Assembly: GCA_027366125.1 (NCBI GenBank)
Contig: DAHXKZ010000125.1
Location: 1-50,112 of the forward strand
Source: Phycisphaerales bacterium
GTDB taxonomy: Bacteria > Planctomycetota > Phycisphaerae > WQYP01
DNA: 50,112 nucleotides
Reading direction: 5' to 3'
Shown: positions 46,313 to 50,112 of the stretch, one piece after another
How positions within the stretch are numbered: the first letter of the stretch is position 1
Layout of the letters: each line of letters starts with the position of its first letter
Program-made: the position numbers and the translations under genes
Notes under the pieces: model-generated
The model's input: the letters and a program-made list of their open reading frames with translations, nothing else
Told to the model about the DNA's origin: nothing
The model's database searches: none

Positions 46313-47308
46313 ATGAAGCAACGACTTTTCAATTCCACCAACCGCATGGTCAGCGAAATCGGCCTTGGCACATGGCAGCTTGGCGCAGGCTGGGGCCATG
46401 TCACCGACGACGACGCGATGCAGACGCTGCGCGCCGCGGTGGACGCCGGCGTTACATTTCTTGATACTGCCGACGTGTATGGCGCCGGTCGCAGTGAAAA
46501 ATTTATCGGGCAACTCTTAAAAGAAACGCGCGTGCCGCTATTCGTGGCCACCAAGTTGGGCCGCTCCGGCAATCCCGGCTGGCCCGCCAATTTTACGCGC
46601 AAGGCTGTGCGCGAACATACGGAAGGCTCATTGCAGCGGCTGGGCGTGGAGACCCTCGATTTAACCCAACTGCATTGCGTGCCCACAGACGTATTAAAGA
46701 GCGGGGAAATATTTGAATCTCTGCGCGAACTGAAGACCCAGGGGAAGATTCGCGATTTTGGCGCCAGCGTGGAATCGGATGAACAGGCGCTGATTTGCCT
46801 CCAGCAGCCGGGCCTGGCCTCGTTACAGATCATCTTTAATATCTTTCGCCAGAAGCCCATCGCGGCCACATTTGCCGAGGCGAAAAGAAAGCATGTCGCG
46901 ATCATTGTGCGGCTGCCTCTAGCCAGCGGATTATTGGCCGGAAAGATGACGCGCGAGACAAAGTTTGCCGCCAACGATCACCGGAATTTTAACCGCAACG
47001 GCGAACAATTTAATGTTGGGGAAACCTTCGCCGGCCTGCCATTTGAAACCGGGGTGGCCCTGGCGGATGAAATAAAAAATGAACTGCGGGCGGCCCTCCC
47101 GCCCGGCACACCCATGGCCCAGGCCGCGCTGCGATGGTGTCTGGATTTCCCCGAAGTCACGGTGGTAATTCCCGGCGCCAAAAACCCGGAGCAAGCCCGG
47201 TCGAATGCCGTGCCCTCAGATATGCCGGCCCTGCCGCGGCCATTGCATGATCGTTTGGCCACCCTGTATGCCACGCGCGTGGCCACAAATATACGCGGGC
47301 CGTATTAA
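46313..47308 (+). CDS. Aldo/keto reductase
   Basis: IGLGTWQLGAGWG...AVDAGVTFLDTADVYGAGRSEKFIG...IIVRLPLASGLLAGK...VIPGAKNPEQ. Start taken at ATG 46313; the ORF is open upstream only because of high GC. Confidence 0.9.
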   Translation: MKQRLFNSTNRMVSEIGLGTWQLGAGWGHVTDDDAMQTLRAAVDAGVTFLDTADVYGAGRSEKFIGQLLKETRVPLFVATKLGRSGNPGWPANFTRKAVREHTEGSLQRLGVETLDLTQLHCVPTDVLKSGEIFESLRELKTQGKIRDFGASVESDEQALICLQQPGLASLQIIFNIFRQKPIAATFAEAKRKHVAIIVRLPLASGLLAGKMTRETKFAANDHRNFNRNGEQFNVGETFAGLPFETGVALADEIKNELRAALPPGTPMAQAALRWCLDFPEVTVVIPGAKNPEQARSNAVPSDMPALPRPLHDRLATLYATRVATNIRGPY

Positions 47309-47415
47309 ACTAAAATTTAGCTTATCCCCATGCCGGAATTCGCCGAGAAATGCCTATGGCCATGGCGCCACTTTGTAGTTGAATTTTGCGCCGGCCGGAA
47401 AAAGAGGGACGCACC

Positions 47416-47631
47416 ATGCAGTTTTCCGAAGCATCGCTGTTTAGTTCACTGATTATCAGCACCATTGGCACAGGCGTGTTCATGTACGGGAAAAAGAGCG
47501 GCCAAACGCTCGCCCTGGGCATCGGCTTGGCATTGATGGCGTTCCCCTATTTTATCAGCAGTGTGATTGCGTCGTGGATCATTGCCGCCCTGCTATGCGC
47601 CCCGTTGGCGCTGGTGCGGCCCTGGGCTTAG
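47416..47631 (+). CDS. Hypothetical small membrane protein
   Basis: GAGGGA lies upstream of ATG 47416. The 71-aa product has two to three hydrophobic helices. Confidence 0.5.
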   Translation: MQFSEASLFSSLIISTIGTGVFMYGKKSGQTLALGIGLALMAFPYFISSVIASWIIAALLCAPLALVRPWA

Positions 47632-48235
47632 TGTTGTTCACCCTGGCGCCAGCCGGACAACATACAGATCTCGCCGGAACCGGGCTGGGCGGGTGTGGCA
47701 AAACTTTTGGGGCCCGTTTTAATCGTAAGAAACCGCCTGAAGTTGCCATTCGTTGGCCCATGGGTCCGCCGAAAGCGTCTGTGTTGAAAGTCAAGCGTTT
47801 TTCTCAGATTTTGCATATTTTATTGTCATCCATAATAAAACCGGTTTTTTGAACGGGCGTTTAGTTCTACATTACGACGATTCGCTCTTTTGGACCCTTC
47901 GGACGACTGGGGCCCTGGCGTGGGCCGTAACGAGGCCCGCCCCGGAGGGGCAAAAAGATATTAGCCCCGCCTTTGCAACGCGGGGTCACGCCAGGCGCGC
48001 AGGCCCAAGCCCCTGCGGGGCGACTGAACTTCGCACCCGTGTGATCGCGCTTGGCGCAGATTGATTGCAAGCAATATCTTGGCAGGAAACATACCGGGAA
48101 TTCTCCGTTTCTGTGGATTGCGCTCAAAACGGACCGCGAACGGTCCGTGCGCAGGAAATAATGGGGCGACGGCGAGCGATCCGCTCGCGCTCCGTGAAGG
48201 GGCCGCCATCAAACTGTGGCATTACCCCCACCCAC

Positions 48236-48254
48236 GGCGGCCAGGATGGCCGCC
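48236..48254. repeat. REP-like hairpin, best copy
   Basis: GGCGGCCA-GGA-TGGCCGCC forms a perfect 8-bp stem, followed by CCCC. Confidence 0.6.
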
Positions 48255-48481
48255 CCCCAAGCTGCCGAGGCCTCCGCTGCGGATGCCTCGACCAGGATAC
48301 CACAATTTCTTGCTTGGAAAACTGATGAAATACAACATACAAACGTAAGCGCCGGCCGCGTCGTTTGCTCCGGCTGCGGCCCCGACTTGGCGTCGCCGGC
48401 CCATCGACGGCGGCGCGGGGCGCCACAATGAGATCGCATGGGGATTTCCGGAAATCTGACGCGACGACCTGGACGCCGCCT

Positions 48482-48622
48482 TAGCCCAACCTTCGCACTT
48501 CGGCTCCTTTTTGGGCAAAATTCGGAATGTTTAAAATTTTTTCCGGCCTTGGCGCGACGCCATGGCGGTTTTTGCGGCCGGATTTGAAAAAAAACGCGTG
48601 TAGTGGAGACCTACCCCATTGA
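48482..48622 (-). repeat. Dispersed ~140-nt repeat, copy B (inverted relative to copy A)
   Basis: The reverse complement aligns with 1-141: TCAATGGGGTAGGTCTCCACTACACGCGTTTTTTT ... GGAGCCGAAGTGCGAAGGTTGGGCTA. Confidence 0.8.
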
Positions 48623-48756
48623 CAGCCCACGGGCACCGCATGCAAAATCGTCAACATGTATCTGAGAACAAACCGACGAATAAAAGAACCGCACGTTGCC
48701 AGCGGGGTTGCGCTGTCGCCGGAGCACAAAAAACCGCGCCGCCCGGCGACGGCTCT

Positions 48757-48829
48757 GTAGTGGAGACCAGTGGCCTTGGCGCTAGCGCCAGGGCCGTTTT
48801 AGGGGGTGCTTTTGCGAAGGTTGGGTTAA
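48757..48829. repeat. Short variant of the dispersed repeat (copy C)
   Basis: GTAGTGGAGACC ... GGCCTTGGCGC-TA-GCGCCAGGGCC ... GCGAAGGTTGGGTTA. Both terminal motifs are present, but one is inverted relative to the full-length copies. Confidence 0.6.
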
Positions 48830-49060
48830 CACAGCACGCCGCCTGCTTCCTTCGCTACGGCCCCAAACGCAGCGCCCACGTCAAGGTCGTCGCCGTTGGG
48901 GGCGGCGGGGGCGGACGTAGGCCATGCGATAGTCGCCACGGTTTCGGCCAACGCAGCCGTCGGCAAGAAGAACGGCGAAGCGTTCAGCCGCAACGAGATC
49001 GCCTCTGCGGTCAGGTGCTCGCCAGGCGCGTACGGCAATCCCGACGCCAGGCGATGGGCA

Positions 49061-49456
49061 TCACCTCAAGCCCGGTGGCCCCTTCCTCCCCCGGCCGCGG
49101 GCCCTGTCGCCGTCGGCGTCGCCACCGCGTTTGAATCTGCGCTTGTCGGCCGCGCCGGAAACCGTCATACCGATAAAAACAACACCAGCGGCAATGCCGA
49201 CAGGAATGTTCTTAAAGGTTCGCGGCGACAGCACGATCATCCCGCAAATGACGACAAAGGCCGCTGCTAGAAGCCGGCTGGCGACGGACATGGCGGCGCC
49301 GCCCTTCCATTTGGGCGAACCGAGCATCGCGAAAGTTATTACGGCGAGGAACGAAGCCACCGCCAGTCGCGCGATCCAATCTCCATGGCCAAACACGTTT
49401 AGCTCCTCAATGCAAGCCCAGGGCTTCCGTGTGTCAGCAACATCGGCTACGGGCAC
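49061..49456 (-). CDS. Candidate immunity protein, three TM helices
   Basis: It lies immediately downstream of the toxin tail: a 10-nt overlap if it starts at GTG 49456, or GTG 49396 preceded by GAGGAG at 6 nt. Helices: LAVASFLAVITFAML, LLAAAFVVICGMIVL, IAAGVVFIGMTV. It has a basic C-terminal tail. Confidence 0.5.
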   Translation of the reverse strand: MPVADVADTRKPWACIEELNVFGHGDWIARLAVASFLAVITFAMLGSPKWKGGAAMSVASRLLAAAFVVICGMIVLSPRTFKNIPVGIAAGVVFIGMTVSGAADKRRFKRGGDADGDRARGRGRKGPPGLR

Positions 49457-50112
49457 GGGTTTCCCACCCCCCGCCTGCGACGCCGGTGGCTGCCGTACAC
49501 GAGTCTGTCAATTTGTTGATCATTCGCGTTGGGATTCAAGAGATTTCCAAAACGTGATGGATCGAGGATCAGGCCCGCTCCCCCGTACTTTCCACCAAGC
49601 CCGAAATAAATGGCACCCGACGTCCCGAAGCCCACCTCCGCGCCTCCAAAATTTAATTCGCCCGGGTTTCCCGCGCCCACGATCGGCAGGCCACCCAGGC
49701 CCCACCCGTTATCCTGATTCCAGTAGCCGTACACCCCGACGCCGCCCCACAGGCCTGGCACGGCCTTGGTCTGATACATAAAGTACGCCCCGGCACCCGC
49801 CGACCAGCCGTTGTCGATCGTCCATTGTCCCTCCGCCGCAAACGTGTCGGCAAACCCGGGCGTGTTGTTGACGGGCTTGCCGGCGTAGACGTATGCGCCG
49901 CGGACCGGCGAATTGACGTACAACCATGCTCCGGCGCCATCTACCGCCGCGTTATACTCCCAATTAGGCGCGTCGCCGTTCCCAGTGTAAAGCCACTTAA
50001 AAAGCGACCACAGGCCCGCCGGGTCCGAGTTGGCGGCGGGTGCCCCGCCAACAAACTGGTATCGACTTCCCCCATTAATATACCCCGCCGGATCCTGTTC
50101 GATCCAGTTGCC
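49447..50112 (-). CDS. RHS-repeat polymorphic toxin, C-terminal end (5'-truncated by the window edge)
   Basis: The frame is open to position 50112. GNWIEQDPAGYINGGSRYQFVGGAPAANSDPAGLW matches the RHS core-end signature (DPxG...GG...Y.F...DPxGL). A ~187-aa Gly/Trp/Tyr-rich domain of unknown type follows. Confidence 0.7.
   Translation of the reverse strand, partial: GNWIEQDPAGYINGGSRYQFVGGAPAANSDPAGLWSLFKWLYTGNGDAPNWEYNAAVDGAGAWLYVNSPVRGAYVYAGKPVNNTPGFADTFAAEGQWTIDNGWSAGAGAYFMYQTKAVPGLWGGVGVYGYWNQDNGWGLGGLPIVGAGNPGELNFGGAEVGFGTSGAIYFGLGGKYGGAGLILDPSRFGNLLNPNANDQQIDRLVYGSHRRRRRGVGNPCP

Noticed and set aside
48826-49038. 70-aa minus-strand ORF downstream of the immunity gene (possible orphan module)
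   Set aside because: It has a TTG start and no SD. Its stop codon lies inside repeat copy C, and its composition is not distinguishable from non-coding GC-rich sequence.

Overview
High-GC, gene-dense bacterial chromosomal DNA. I recognise about 45 protein-coding genes and no rRNA, tRNA or CRISPR array.

Core region (0.2-42 kb): mostly housekeeping.
- Dpp/Opp-type ABC permease, aspartate kinase, a ~1050-aa LptD-like outer-membrane protein, nitroreductase, FAH-family hydrolase and CbiX.
- An isolated nuoC-nuoD pair translationally coupled to an MnmE-like GTPase and a GT2 glycosyltransferase.
- IspH, an ACP plus polysaccharide-deacetylase pair, a PEP-CTERM secreted protein, two tandem LuxR-type regulators and DUF456.
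- A GH127-like hydrolase, an Amidase_2 enzyme, OsmC, a large polytopic membrane protein and an ASCH protein.
- PurB, DUF1844, a histidine phosphatase, MqnA (futalosine pathway), UvrC and several SAM methyltransferases.

PEP-CTERM, the futalosine pathway and an ISAzo13-type transposase fit a PVC-group or similar Gram-negative, but this taxonomy is only an inference.

Accessory region (last ~8 kb):
- 42.6-46.0 kb: a visibly AT-richer restriction-modification-like module (amino-DNA methyltransferase, 79-aa ORF, PD-(D/E)XK-like ORF) split by an intact ISAzo13-family IS.
- 47.6-49.0 kb: a gene-poor, hairpin- and repeat-dense stretch. It carries two copies of a ~140-nt dispersed repeat whose third copy sits at window position 1.
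- 49.06-50.11 kb: the C-terminal end of an RHS-type polymorphic toxin, followed by a 3-TM candidate immunity gene. The toxin has a DPxGL core-end motif and then an unrecognised Gly/aromatic-rich ~187-aa domain.

Other points:
- Three reading-frame disruptions: purB at a C12 tract, the first LuxR paralog, and an in-frame TGA inside a TM helix at 22187.
- REP-like hairpin units flank the ACP-deacetylase cassette.
- Five TGATCA sites cluster between two convergent genes.

I did not find a complete, clearly novel multi-gene system. The RHS toxin/immunity tail and the IS-split RM-like island are the best candidates.
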